A DNA stretch of 64,000 nt from Clostridia bacterium (lineage in GTDB: Bacteria > Bacillota > Clostridia > Christensenellales > UBA1242). The translations under genes were made by a program, and so were the position numbers. Below the pieces are notes generated by a model that ran no database searches, was not told the origin of the DNA, and saw only the letters and a list, made by a program, of their open reading frames with translations. Below are positions 20,188 to 29,807 of this stretch, one piece after another; the stretch's first letter is position 1; each line of letters begins with the position of its first letter. The stretch lies in assembly GCA_045538175.1 (NCBI GenBank), contig JAZSQZ010000101.1:119-64118 (forward strand). The letters run 5' to 3'.

Positions 20188-21567
20188 TTAAGCTTGTGCT
20201 TGAGTGATAACATATTCGATTACGTCAACAATGGTGCAATCTGCAAGCAGTTTTGAACTTCCAGGAAGTGTCAAAGATTCCAAATTGCTGATTGTGATTT
20301 TTGTTGAAGAGATAACGCCGTGCCAAGTTAGAGCGCCCAATTTTGCAGTTCTCATAATGTCTGTAACTTCATCGTCAAGGTTTTTAATCGTTACATCTCC
20401 TGCTTCTGCAAAGATAAGTGCCCAAATGCCTTGGTTTGCTTTGTATTGTTTATAAGTTGGGTCGCCTGTTGTATAAAGGTCGTTTTCTTCAATGTTTAGA
20501 TTGAAAACTTCACTTATTGTAAGGTTGTCGATGATTTCACTCATCTTGCCGTCAACTTCTGAAACTTTAACATTGCCTTCAGCAAGTTTTCTTATAACTG
20601 CGTGTCTTGTATCTTCGCCTGTAGGTGCTGGGAAAAGGTCCTTAAATGTAAGGTTTGTAATCTTTGTTTCAAGACCTTCAAGTGTGCTTGTGCCGATTGC
20701 TTTAAGCACAGGGTTGTCACTTGTTGTGATTCCCAAAATTTTGTTTACTGTAAGTTTTGGCAACTCGTCTGGAAGATTACCAATTGTAATATTCCTAATT
20801 GCTTCAACAACTTTGTTGCCGGTTACTTTTTCTGTTCCTACAAGTTCTTCAACGGTCATATTGTCAATTTCTTCAGGAAGAGAAACAAGTGTGTTGTTTT
20901 TTAAGTTCTTTAAGATGTCGCTACTGTCAAGGTCCATATTAAAGTCGTTTGCCATATCGCTAAGGGTATATGTGTTTTTAATGTTTGACAATGCATCTCC
21001 AAGGGTGACAAGTGTTGAATTTTTTACATTGTTGATTAAAATCAAATCTGGAAGGGTTACTCCAAATGCTGTTTCAAGTTGTGCTAAAGTTACCTTGTCG
21101 GTTGCTTTTTTGAAGTTGTCTCCAATTTTTCCAACTTTGCCTTTTATGATATCTGTTACGTCAATTGTTTTATAATCATAAGTTCTGTTACCTTCAGAGC
21201 CGGTTACAGTTACGATGTTTTCAAGTTTGATGATACCGTGTGTATAGCAAAGTTCTTCAAAGGTGTATTCGTCGTAGTTTGTTGCGAGGTCGCTTACCTT
21301 TGACACAAGGTCGCCAATTTTCATCTCCTTGATTTCGTCTCCAAGGGCTGACATATCTGCGCCTGTCATACTTTCAATCTTTTTAAGATTAAGATTGTTT
21401 GCTGCCCACAAAATAAGTCCACCAAGTACAAGTAAAGTAAAAATAAATCCTATAAACCAACCAAAAAAGAATTTCCAATGGTGCTTGTTAGAGCCTTGTC
21501 TTTTTTGTTTTTTTGTTGGAATAAGCACAGGGGCAATAGGTATTTGTTCGTTTGAATTGTCTTGCAT
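20188..21567 (-). CDS. Membrane-anchored protein with degenerate helical repeats
   Basis: Single TM at ~aa 33-56; recurring (L/M)T(V/I/L)x(E/D)(L/I) units. Confidence 0.7.
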   Translation of the reverse strand: MQDNSNEQIPIAPVLIPTKKQKRQGSNKHHWKFFFGWFIGFIFTLLVLGGLILWAANNLNLKKIESMTGADMSALGDEIKEMKIGDLVSKVSDLATNYDEYTFEELCYTHGIIKLENIVTVTGSEGNRTYDYKTIDVTDIIKGKVGKIGDNFKKATDKVTLAQLETAFGVTLPDLILINNVKNSTLVTLGDALSNIKNTYTLSDMANDFNMDLDSSDILKNLKNNTLVSLPEEIDNMTVEELVGTEKVTGNKVVEAIRNITIGNLPDELPKLTVNKILGITTSDNPVLKAIGTSTLEGLETKITNLTFKDLFPAPTGEDTRHAVIRKLAEGNVKVSEVDGKMSEIIDNLTISEVFNLNIEENDLYTTGDPTYKQYKANQGIWALIFAEAGDVTIKNLDDEVTDIMRTAKLGALTWHGVISSTKITISNLESLTLPGSSKLLADCTIVDVIEYVITQAQA

Positions 21568-21753
21568 ATGTTTTTTCCTTTTTTATTTTATACTTAAATA
21601 ATACCACACTTGAAAAATCTTAACAAATAAAACTTTATTATTTGTTTGTTTTTAAGCGTTAACAACTTGATTTTTTTGCCTTATTTGGTTAAAATTAAGT
21701 TGTTTTATATTATTTATCTGTAAATTTTTGAAATTTACAATTTGGGGGATAAA

Positions 21754-22083
21754 ATGACTTTAAACGAATATCAAACACTTGCTATGAAAACAAAAAAACC
21801 TTGGGACGATAAAAAAGACCAACTTGTTGACGCTTGCTTAGGACTAAGTGGCGAAAGTGGTGAAGTTAACGATATAATAAAAAAACACCTTGCAGGTGCA
21901 AAACCATACGATATCGTAGACCTTAAAAAAGAAATAGGCGATGTTTTGTGGTATGTTGCAGAACTTTGCGACAGTTTAAATTTAACACTAGAAGAAGTTG
22001 CAACCCTAAACATAGAAAAACTTAAGTCAAGACACGGCGACAAGTTTAGTGGTTACGGCAACCGTACAGGAGACGGTAAATAA
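21754..22083 (+). CDS. MazG-like nucleoside triphosphate pyrophosphohydrolase
   Basis: LGLSGESGEV, EIGDVLWY, NIEKLKSR. Confidence 0.9.
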   Translation: MTLNEYQTLAMKTKKPWDDKKDQLVDACLGLSGESGEVNDIIKKHLAGAKPYDIVDLKKEIGDVLWYVAELCDSLNLTLEEVATLNIEKLKSRHGDKFSGYGNRTGDGK

Positions 22084-22110
22084 ATTTATCCACCAAAGTG
22101 GTGGAATTGT

Positions 22111-22202
22111 GGAAGAGTATCGAAGTGGTCATAACGGCGCGCACTCGAAATGCGTTAACGGGGTAAACTCGTTCGTGGGTTCGAATCCCACCTCTTCCGC
22201 CA
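22111..22202 (+). tRNA. tRNA-Ser(CGA)
   Basis: GGAAGAGTATCGAAGTGG...GCGCA-CT-CGA-AA-TGCGT...long variable arm...GGTTCGAATCC...CCA. Confidence 0.97.
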
Positions 22203-22401
22203 AAAAATAAAAAGCCCTTAGGGGCTTTGATTTTTGAAAACAAGACGGAACACCTACGGCATTATAGGGCCCAAAGTTAGTATATAAAACTTTTTATAAA
22301 GAAAATACACCTCCGTCTTGTAACTGTCCAAAATATATATGCCTAAATTTTGAACAATATATTTATAGCAGATAAAAAACATAAAGACAAGGAAAAAAAA
22401 T

Positions 22402-22689
22402 ATGGAAAATAACGAAATAATAAAAGAAATTGAACTTATCAAAGAGAGAAATAAAAAAGTAGAATTAGACAAAGCTTGGGAAACAAGTTGGACAAGAAAA
22501 ATTTGCATTGCTGTTTTAACTTATCTTGTTGTTGTTTTGTATTCATATATTATCAGCAAATTTTCAAACATATGGTTATCTTCACTTGTGCCTGTGTTTG
22601 GTTTTATATTGTCAACACTTTCAATAAGGTTTGTTAGAAAGTTTTGGGAAAAGGCAATAGCAAACAAAAAAACAAAAACCGAAGAATAG
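22402..22689 (+). CDS. Small two-TM membrane protein
   Basis: RNKKVELDKAWETSWTR followed by two hydrophobic helices. Confidence 0.7.
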   Translation: MENNEIIKEIELIKERNKKVELDKAWETSWTRKICIAVLTYLVVVLYSYIISKFSNIWLSSLVPVFGFILSTLSIRFVRKFWEKAIANKKTKTEE

Positions 22690-22698
22690 GAGAAGACT

Positions 22699-23226
22699 AT
22701 GATTGTAAAGGCATTTAATGGAAACATGATAGACATTGGTGATTGTATGGGTTGTGCAAAAGCAAAAACATATGGCAACTTAGATGAAAATCCAGGGCAA
22801 ATTTTAAGGACAAAAAACTTTGATATTTCTCAAGATTTCGAACTTCCTATAAATGGTTTTATTGTTATCGGCAGCATAAGGCACCTAAAGTCTATAAATG
22901 AAATGACAATGGAAGAAAAGCAAGAACTTATTGTTATCATAGACGAAACAATAAGGGCTTTAAAAAGCATAGGTGTTTGCAGTGAATACGATGTTGTTTG
23001 GGAAGAAAAGGAAGGCAATCACTTTCACGCTTGGCTTATGCCAAGACACAAGTATTTGCTAGATGCTATGGGTACAAATATTATAAAAAAAGTTGGCGAA
23101 CTTTTTGACTATGCAAAAACAAACTTAAGGACAGAAGAAAACCTAAACGAAATTGCAAAAACTATCAAAAACTTAAAAACAGAACTTTTAAAAAGTCCAA
23201 CAATCAAAAGTTTTGTGGGGGAATAA
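22699..23226 (+). CDS. HIT family hydrolase
   Basis: CxxC, RHLKSI, HFHAWLMPR. Confidence 0.8.
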   Translation: MIVKAFNGNMIDIGDCMGCAKAKTYGNLDENPGQILRTKNFDISQDFELPINGFIVIGSIRHLKSINEMTMEEKQELIVIIDETIRALKSIGVCSEYDVVWEEKEGNHFHAWLMPRHKYLLDAMGTNIIKKVGELFDYAKTNLRTEENLNEIAKTIKNLKTELLKSPTIKSFVGE

Positions 23227-23228
23227 AT

Positions 23229-23633
23229 ATGAAAAACTTAGTTAAAAAATATGAAGGACAAATTGAGTTTTCAAAAAATCTTATTACAGAAAAAGACCTT
23301 GAACTTTGTGAAAAAGAAATGGAAGTTGTTTTTGGTGCAAAGTTAAAAGAATATGTTTTAGGTTATGGATATCTCGCAAAAGATGATGTTGAGTTTTATG
23401 GCATCAATTCAAAACAATTGCTAAATTCAGATATGGTCAAAAACACAATTTCTTTACATAAAGAATTTGAAGAAACCAAAGATAAAGTTTTGTTTGCAAG
23501 TTTTATAGATAGTATCTATTACCTTGTAGATAAAGACGATATGGTGTTTAAGTTTGACGCAGTAGAAAAAACACTTTTAAAAACAGAATATGATATTATA
23601 ACATTTATAGATAATACTTTTTCTAACACCTAA
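23229..23633 (+). CDS. SMI1/KNR4 (SUKH) family protein
   Basis: CEKEMEVVFGAKLKEYVLGYG and EFYG pattern. Confidence 0.7.
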   Translation: MKNLVKKYEGQIEFSKNLITEKDLELCEKEMEVVFGAKLKEYVLGYGYLAKDDVEFYGINSKQLLNSDMVKNTISLHKEFEETKDKVLFASFIDSIYYLVDKDDMVFKFDAVEKTLLKTEYDIITFIDNTFSNT

Positions 23634-23687
23634 AAACTTAATAATCTAATATAAAAAAGACCAGATTGCTGGTCTTTTTTTTGTTGT

Positions 23688-24281
23688 TTATTTTTCTTCA
23701 AAGTATTCTTTTCCGTGTTTACAAAGTGGACAAATATAGTCGTCAGGCATATTGTCGCCTTCGTAAACATATCCACAAATTTTGCAAACATACGATTTTT
23801 TTGTGGTTGTTTCTGGTTTTGGTTTTATGTTGTTTAGGTAATAAGAATAAGTTAGGGTTTCATTTTGATTTAGGACAACATCATCTACAATGTCTGCAAC
23901 AAATGTTATGTGTGTGCCAACATCATAGGAAGACACAACTTTTGCTGTTATATAAGAATTTGTGCTTTTTGTGATGTAAGGAATTTGGTTTTGTGCAAGT
24001 GCAAAGTTATCAAAGTTTTCAAACTTGTTTGTGTCTTTTCCACTTGAAAAACCAAAGTGCTTTATAAGTGCAAAGTCGGTTGTTGTATCTAAAATAGAAA
24101 CATTAAATTCGCCTGTTTTTTCAATTTCACTTGTTGTGAAGTTGTCTTTGTTTATTGTGATAGAAATTCGTGTTGGGTTAGATGTAACTTGTTGTAGGGT
24201 GTTTATAACACAACCGTTATATTTTTCGCCTTTAACTGTTACGATGTACAATCCATAAGGGATATTAAAAATTGCTTTCAT
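23688..24281 (-). CDS. Flavin reductase with C-terminal rubredoxin
   Basis: [22 protein letters not shown]; CKICGY...CPLC. Confidence 0.9.
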   Translation of the reverse strand: MKAIFNIPYGLYIVTVKGEKYNGCVINTLQQVTSNPTRISITINKDNFTTSEIEKTGEFNVSILDTTTDFALIKHFGFSSGKDTNKFENFDNFALAQNQIPYITKSTNSYITAKVVSSYDVGTHITFVADIVDDVVLNQNETLTYSYYLNNIKPKPETTTKKSYVCKICGYVYEGDNMPDDYICPLCKHGKEYFEEK

Positions 24282-24295
24282 AAAAACTCCTTTTT

Positions 24296-25126
24296 TTAAT
24301 CTATCAAATCATACCACGATTTTACATGATGGATAGATATTCCAAAATTTGTAGGCAACATTTCTTTTAGGGTTTTGATTTCTTGATTTAGCTTTTCTTT
24401 TCCTTCTTCAAAAAATGTTACAAAATCGTCTTCGTTTTCTTTTGTTTCAATAGATAGAATAAGTGTTTTGTGGGTTTGTGTTGCGTAGTTAATTTCGTCT
24501 TCTGCAACTGAGTAAATTTTTTGGGCTGTATCTCGATAGCTCATCACAAAAATTCTGTCTGCGATATCTATCATAAATTTGTAGGCTTGTTTGGTTTCAT
24601 TTTTAAAACTTATTTCATCATCAAACCAAAACGGAATATCAAAGTCAAAAGTTATGTTCTTGTATGTTGATTTAAGATTGTCGGCAAGGGTTATAAGACC
24701 CAACAACAAATCTTTTCTTTTTGCACTAAATTCTGGGTGTTGATGTGGCTCGATATCAAGGTGTATGCCACTGAAATTGTTTTTATATTTTGATTGAAAC
24801 TCTTTGTATTTTTCGATGTTTTTATACAAGTTTTCTGGGTTTTCTATCCACTTGTACTCACCTGCAAGATAAAACACTTTTATGCCTTTGCTGTTTGCGT
24901 CTTTAATAAACAAATTTGTGTTTTCGTTAAAATCGCTATCACACAGGTAGATTTCGTTTACATCATTTTTTTCTAGGAAGGGTAGATAAGTTTCTCTACT
25001 TAATTCGTCGTTCCACCACCATACTGCTTTTGTTTGTTGTTTTGTATTACACAAAAAGCATATAAGCAAAACGCAAGTTAGAAGTAAAACGCCTAAAACA
25101 ATCCCCCAAATAATTTTCTTTTTCAC
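24296..25126 (-). CDS. Membrane-anchored TIM-barrel/glycoside hydrolase-like protein
   Basis: N-terminal [16 protein letters not shown]. Confidence 0.55.
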   Translation of the reverse strand: MKKKIIWGIVLGVLLLTCVLLICFLCNTKQQTKAVWWWNDELSRETYLPFLEKNDVNEIYLCDSDFNENTNLFIKDANSKGIKVFYLAGEYKWIENPENLYKNIEKYKEFQSKYKNNFSGIHLDIEPHQHPEFSAKRKDLLLGLITLADNLKSTYKNITFDFDIPFWFDDEISFKNETKQAYKFMIDIADRIFVMSYRDTAQKIYSVAEDEINYATQTHKTLILSIETKENEDDFVTFFEEGKEKLNQEIKTLKEMLPTNFGISIHHVKSWYDLID

Positions 25127-25251
25127 ATTTAAAGTATAACATATACTTTTTATTTTTCAAAATATATAAATATTTATAAAAAGACGATAAAGATGTTTAT
25201 CTTTTTTTGTTTTTGTGGTAATATAGTTTGTCAATAAAAGAAGGTATAAAG

Positions 25252-26085
25252 ATGAGCGTAGGTATAAACACAAATATTGAATATGGTTTAGATATGAAAA
25301 CACTTTACAGTGATATAAAGACTGCAGGGTTTGAAAACGTAATGATTGCTTTTAAGGAAACAGAGGTTGAAGAATCTATCCAAGAAGCAAAAAGATTAGG
25401 GCTAAATATTCCTTATGTACACCTATCTTGTAGAGAAACAAATAGTTTTTGGGTAAATAGTCCTATAACAGCAAGATATATGACAAAACTTAAAAAAGAA
25501 ATTGATATTTGTAGCAACTACAATATCCCTATCGGCGTTATCCACCCAATTGCAGGAAATCCAAACTCAAGACCTGTACCTGTAAACCCAAATGGACTTA
25601 AAAACATTTTAGAAATTGTGAGTTACGCAAAAGAAAAAAATGTTAAACTTGCAATCGAGAATGTTGATAACGAGAGTTTAAAATATTTAGATTATGTTTT
25701 GGAAAATATCCCTAAAGAAGATTTGGGTTTTTGCTACGATGTAGGTCATCATAATTTATATTATCCTGAGTATGATATTCTTAAAAAATATGGCGACAGA
25801 GTTATTGCAGTTCATATTCACGACAACCTTATGGATTATGAAGAATTTGACGATTATACAAAAGATAGACATATGCTTCCATTTGATGGAAAAATCGATT
25901 ACGAGCGTGTTTGTGAAAGTATTGCAAAGTCAAGTTACAACAATGTAGTTTTGGTGGAAGTAAACAGAAAGAATTTTGGCAACCCTGATAAATATAAAGA
26001 CTTGACACTTCTTGAATTTTTAACAAAAGCAAAAGAAAGGGCAGACAAAATCGAAAAAATGATAAAAGAAAAAAGAGAGTTTTAA
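25252..26085 (+). CDS. Sugar-phosphate isomerase/AP endonuclease 2 TIM-barrel protein
   Basis: LAIEN, CYDVGH, VHIHDN, DRHMLPFDGKID. Confidence 0.88.
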   Translation: MSVGINTNIEYGLDMKTLYSDIKTAGFENVMIAFKETEVEESIQEAKRLGLNIPYVHLSCRETNSFWVNSPITARYMTKLKKEIDICSNYNIPIGVIHPIAGNPNSRPVPVNPNGLKNILEIVSYAKEKNVKLAIENVDNESLKYLDYVLENIPKEDLGFCYDVGHHNLYYPEYDILKKYGDRVIAVHIHDNLMDYEEFDDYTKDRHMLPFDGKIDYERVCESIAKSSYNNVVLVEVNRKNFGNPDKYKDLTLLEFLTKAKERADKIEKMIKEKREF

Positions 26086-26111
26086 ACTCTCTTTTTATTT
26101 TTAGTTTTTGT

Positions 26112-27071
26112 TTATTCTGGAAGGTCAGGTGTTTGTGCTGAACCTTGACTAATCAAACCCTTAAGGTCGATAACTTGTTCTGAAATAACAGGTGTAAGGA
26201 ATGGGTTAGATTCAACTTCTTCCATTCTGTCTTTATAAGGGTCTCTGCTCTCATCCCCTGCAATGAATGCAGCTCTGTCTTCTTCCCTTGCTGCAAGGAG
26301 TGCTTCTTTTGCACCGTCGTGACCAAAGGTATTTGTTACCCTTGATACTTCTGGGTGTTTTGCGATATTTACAACAGCACCAGGTCTTTGAGTATTTGTT
26401 CTTGCGTATACAAGTTGTGGATACTCAAGTTCTTTACCCCTTTTAAAGATTTCTAAAACGTCATATCTTCCGTTTTGTTCGATATATTCAACAGTGCCAG
26501 GCATACCATTGTAGGTGTTGTCGTGGTCGCTTACTGTTACGTTTCTGCAATAACCTTTATATTCAAGTTGACCCAAACATCTTTCAATCATAGACATACG
26601 GCTTTCAAAGTTAGAAACTGCAAGGCCCCTTACAACGATAGAGTAACCATTTTCTCTAAGCATTGGGATACCTTCGTTTGCGATACGTGGATTTTTAAGT
26701 GTTTGGTGGAAAATCAAGTTATATCCTTGTTGAGCAAACTTGTTGAAAAGTTTGCTTGTAAGTCCATTTGTCAATTGGTTTGTGATTGCAATATATTCAT
26801 TTGGATATGTTTCTGACAAGAATTGTTCGTTTGGATAGAAGTGCCTTAAGGAGTCATCTTCTAATATAATTACGTTGCCGTTAGGGAACATTTTGCTAGA
26901 GTAAGCAATAAGTCCACTTTTTCCAGCGCCTGTTTGTCCGCCTACGATAACACAGATTGGTTTGTCAACAGGTTTTTTGTTGTAGGTTAGGATACCTTCA
27001 GCGATTTCACCGATTTTTTCTTTTTCTTCATCAGAAATACTGTATTTCTTTAAAATTTCTTCACTAGTCAT
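26112..27071 (-). CDS. Zeta toxin (PezT-like) family kinase
   Basis: GGQTGAGKS P-loop, DSLRHFYP, HDNTY; overlaps a small upstream gene. Confidence 0.8.
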   Translation of the reverse strand: MTSEEILKKYSISDEEKEKIGEIAEGILTYNKKPVDKPICVIVGGQTGAGKSGLIAYSSKMFPNGNVIILEDDSLRHFYPNEQFLSETYPNEYIAITNQLTNGLTSKLFNKFAQQGYNLIFHQTLKNPRIANEGIPMLRENGYSIVVRGLAVSNFESRMSMIERCLGQLEYKGYCRNVTVSDHDNTYNGMPGTVEYIEQNGRYDVLEIFKRGKELEYPQLVYARTNTQRPGAVVNIAKHPEVSRVTNTFGHDGAKEALLAAREEDRAAFIAGDESRDPYKDRMEEVESNPFLTPVISEQVIDLKGLISQGSAQTPDLPE

Positions 27072-27267
27072 TTGCTACCCCTTTTTTAGGTTTAGAGATT
27101 CTCAAAACCCTATCGATAGTTTCCATATTGCCATTGTCGACTTCTTCTTTAAGTTTGATAAGTTGTTTTAACTCTTTGTCTTCTGTGGTTAAACCAAGAA
27201 GTGCTGCTTTACCAACTTTGCTTGCAATAAGTTCTTTTGCAATTTCAAGTTTTGTATTGTCGTTCAT
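27064..27267 (-). CDS. Small helical protein, putative antitoxin or chaperone of the zeta gene
   Basis: 67 aa from MNDNTK with SD AAGGGGG; 8-nt overlap with the zeta start. Confidence 0.6.
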   Translation of the reverse strand: MNDNTKLEIAKELIASKVGKAALLGLTTEDKELKQLIKLKEEVDNGNMETIDRVLRISKPKKGVAND

Positions 27268-27294
27268 TTCTTTTCCCCCTTTTAAAAACACTAT

Positions 27295-27412
27295 ATAAAA
27301 AAAGGAAAACAAAAACTTGTTTACAAGTCTTGTTTCCCTTCATATTTAGACAATATAGTTGTTTTTATTTCCATAACACTTACATTATAATACAAGTTTA
27401 TATTATTGTCAA
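27295..27412 (-). promoter_or_regulatory. Consensus promoter + 17-codon leader ORF + intrinsic terminator upstream of the zeta operon
   Basis: TTGACA-17-TATAAT; leader ORF 27374..27321; hairpin AAGGGAAACAAGACTTG / CAAGTTTTTGTTTTCCTT followed by a T run. Confidence 0.6.
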
Positions 27413-27568
27413 TTTCTAATTTTTTTTAAAGCATAATATTATATGTTTTTTAAGGGTTTTGTTGTGATATTTAAGATTTTCGCCCGGGTGTTTAGCAATA
27501 AAAGTGACGAAACTGTTTATCTTTTTTGTTTTTTGTGGTAATATTATGTAGTCAAAAAGGAGAGAGTT

Positions 27569-28474
27569 ATGCCGATAGTTATTCCACAAGATATACCTGC
27601 TTATTCAAAACTGCTTGGAGAAAATATTTTCGTTATGAACGATAAAAGAGCTTTTTCACAAGATATAAGACCACTTGAGATTGCAATCTTAAACTTAATG
27701 CCAACAAAGGTGGAAACCGAAACTCAATTTATGCGCCTTTTATCAAACTCGCCACTTCAAGTTAACATAACTCTTGTTGCAACAAAAACTTATAAAAGCA
27801 AAAACACTGCTGCAGAGTATTTAGATAGGTTTTATAAAAACTTCGATGATATCAAAGACAAACACTTTGATGGTATGATTATTACAGGTGCTCCTGTTGA
27901 AACAATGCCTTTTGAAGATGTTAAGTATTGGGACGAGCTTAAAGCAATTTTTGATTTCGCTGATAAAAATGTTACAAGCACAATCTACATCTGTTGGGGT
28001 GCTCAAGCAGCACTTTATTATCATTATGGTATTACAAAGTCTGTTTTGCCAGCAAAAGTTTTTGGTGTTTTCCCACACACAAAAAACGAAGAATTACACG
28101 AGCCACTTTTTAAAGGCATTGATGATGTTTTTTATATTCCACATTCAAGGCACACAACTGTTGATAGTGAAGCTGTAAGAAAAGAAGAAAAACTTGCTAT
28201 CCTTAGCGAAACTGATGCTACGGGTGTTTCAATTATCAAAAGCAAGGACAATAAAAAGATTTTCTTAACCGGACATATGGAATATGATAGAGATACTCTT
28301 AAAAACGAATACGAAAGAGATTTAAACAAGGGTATGGATATCAAAGCACCACTTAATTATTTTGTTGACGAAAAATCAAGAAAAGTTGATGTTAAGTGGA
28401 CAAGTACAGCAAATTTGTTTTATACAAATTGGTTAAATTATTATGTATACCAAGTAACACCATTTAAGTTTTAA
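27569..28474 (+). CDS. metA: Homoserine O-acyltransferase (probably acetyltransferase)
   Basis: ILNLMPTK, ITGAPVE (Glu associated with acetyl-CoA specificity), ICWGAQA, PHSRH, GHMEY. Confidence 0.95.
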   Translation: MPIVIPQDIPAYSKLLGENIFVMNDKRAFSQDIRPLEIAILNLMPTKVETETQFMRLLSNSPLQVNITLVATKTYKSKNTAAEYLDRFYKNFDDIKDKHFDGMIITGAPVETMPFEDVKYWDELKAIFDFADKNVTSTIYICWGAQAALYYHYGITKSVLPAKVFGVFPHTKNEELHEPLFKGIDDVFYIPHSRHTTVDSEAVRKEEKLAILSETDATGVSIIKSKDNKKIFLTGHMEYDRDTLKNEYERDLNKGMDIKAPLNYFVDEKSRKVDVKWTSTANLFYTNWLNYYVYQVTPFKF

Positions 28475-28486
28475 TAGGGGGATAAT

Positions 28487-29047
28487 ATGTATAAAGGGGA
28501 CCATAATAAAGGCGAGATAGAAATCATAAAAGAAAACAAAGTTTTCGAAAATAGATTTTGTGAGTTTTTTGATGATAAGGTAAAATTTCCAAGTGGGGCA
28601 GACGGCACATTTTTGCGCCTTGCTATGAAGGGTAAATATAGTGTTGCAATACTTCCTGTAACAGAAAAGGGCGAGATGTTGTTTGTAAAAACTTTTAGAC
28701 ACTCAGCACGTGGTTGGGGATATGAAGTGCCAAAAGGATACGGTAGCGAAACTGAAGTACCTGAAGTTTGTGCAAAAAGAGAACTACAAGAGGAAACAGG
28801 TATGACTTCAAACAACCTAATCTATCTTGGGCTTTATCACGAATCTCCTTCAACTTTGCAATATGGCCTTCATTGTTTTTTGGCACTTGATTGCAAAAAG
28901 ACAGCAGAGCAAAACTTAGAAGAATCAGAAGTTATAGATGGTTTTGTTGCTGTAAAATCTTTTGAAGATTTGCCAAAGTCAGATTATAAAGACGCAATCA
29001 CAGAACTTATGGTTGCAAAATATTATCTAAATAAAAAAGACAGGTAG
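28487..29047 (+). CDS. NUDIX hydrolase
   Basis: Nudix box GYGSETEVPEVCAKRELQEETG. Confidence 0.9.
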   Translation: MYKGDHNKGEIEIIKENKVFENRFCEFFDDKVKFPSGADGTFLRLAMKGKYSVAILPVTEKGEMLFVKTFRHSARGWGYEVPKGYGSETEVPEVCAKRELQEETGMTSNNLIYLGLYHESPSTLQYGLHCFLALDCKKTAEQNLEESEVIDGFVAVKSFEDLPKSDYKDAITELMVAKYYLNKKDR

Positions 29048-29091
29048 TTTTGCCTGTCTTTTGTTTTATGTTGTGTTTTTGTTTGAAATTT

Positions 29092-29619
29092 TTAGTCAAG
29101 AGAGTTTAAAAAGTTTATAACTTCTTCATAAAGAGGTGCAACACGGGCGTGGTTGTTGTATTTTTTTACAAGGGCTAAGCACTCATCGGGTGACAACTCT
29201 TTTCCCATAATTTCGCTTAGGTATTTTGAGTGGTCAAGTTCAACCTTTTCATAAAAAGATAAAAGTGGTTTGTATTTGTTTTTTAAACTCTCGTCACTCA
29301 TGTCCGATTGAATAAAGTTCGTAAACTCATTTCTAACATTTTCATCTTCTTGTAAAAGTTTTATAAAGTCTTGATTTTCTTTGTAAAGTTCGTTCCACTT
29401 TTCCATATCAACTTCGATTTCAAGATCGCAAAGTTCAAGTTCTTTAATCTCGTTGTATTGTAAAATTATGTTTGCAACTTTAAAATATTTCTTGTCGCCC
29501 TTGTCGCCTATGTAGTAATAAAAGTTTACAGTTTTTACTTGTTTTTTGTGCACAACTAAAAACGGATAAGATGTGTATACTGCTTTTTCAAAGTTGATTT
29601 CGTTTTCTTTTGTTTCCAT
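29092..29619 (-). CDS. Hypothetical protein
   Basis: ORF from METKENE with SD AAGGA. Confidence 0.6.
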   Translation of the reverse strand: METKENEINFEKAVYTSYPFLVVHKKQVKTVNFYYYIGDKGDKKYFKVANIILQYNEIKELELCDLEIEVDMEKWNELYKENQDFIKLLQEDENVRNEFTNFIQSDMSDESLKNKYKPLLSFYEKVELDHSKYLSEIMGKELSPDECLALVKKYNNHARVAPLYEEVINFLNSLD

Positions 29620-29807
29620 TTTGATTTCCTTCTTTTTAAAGTATATCACAATAACCCTTTTTACAAAACAAAAACCGATAAAATTTGAGTTTAAAAAATA
29701 AATATATTTTCTTGTAAAATAAAAAATTTAATGATAAAATAAAAATACAAAAACAAGGGGAAAGTTTTTGTAGGTGGGGGTGAATATGCAAAAGGGGGAA
29801 AACTATT

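Noticed and set aside
22046-22243. 65-aa minus-strand ORF
   Set aside because: It is the antisense reading of tRNA-Ser(CGA)
27420-27568. SAM or T-box riboswitch upstream of metA
   Set aside because: No consensus motifs, and the promoter lies only ~25 nt from the start codon
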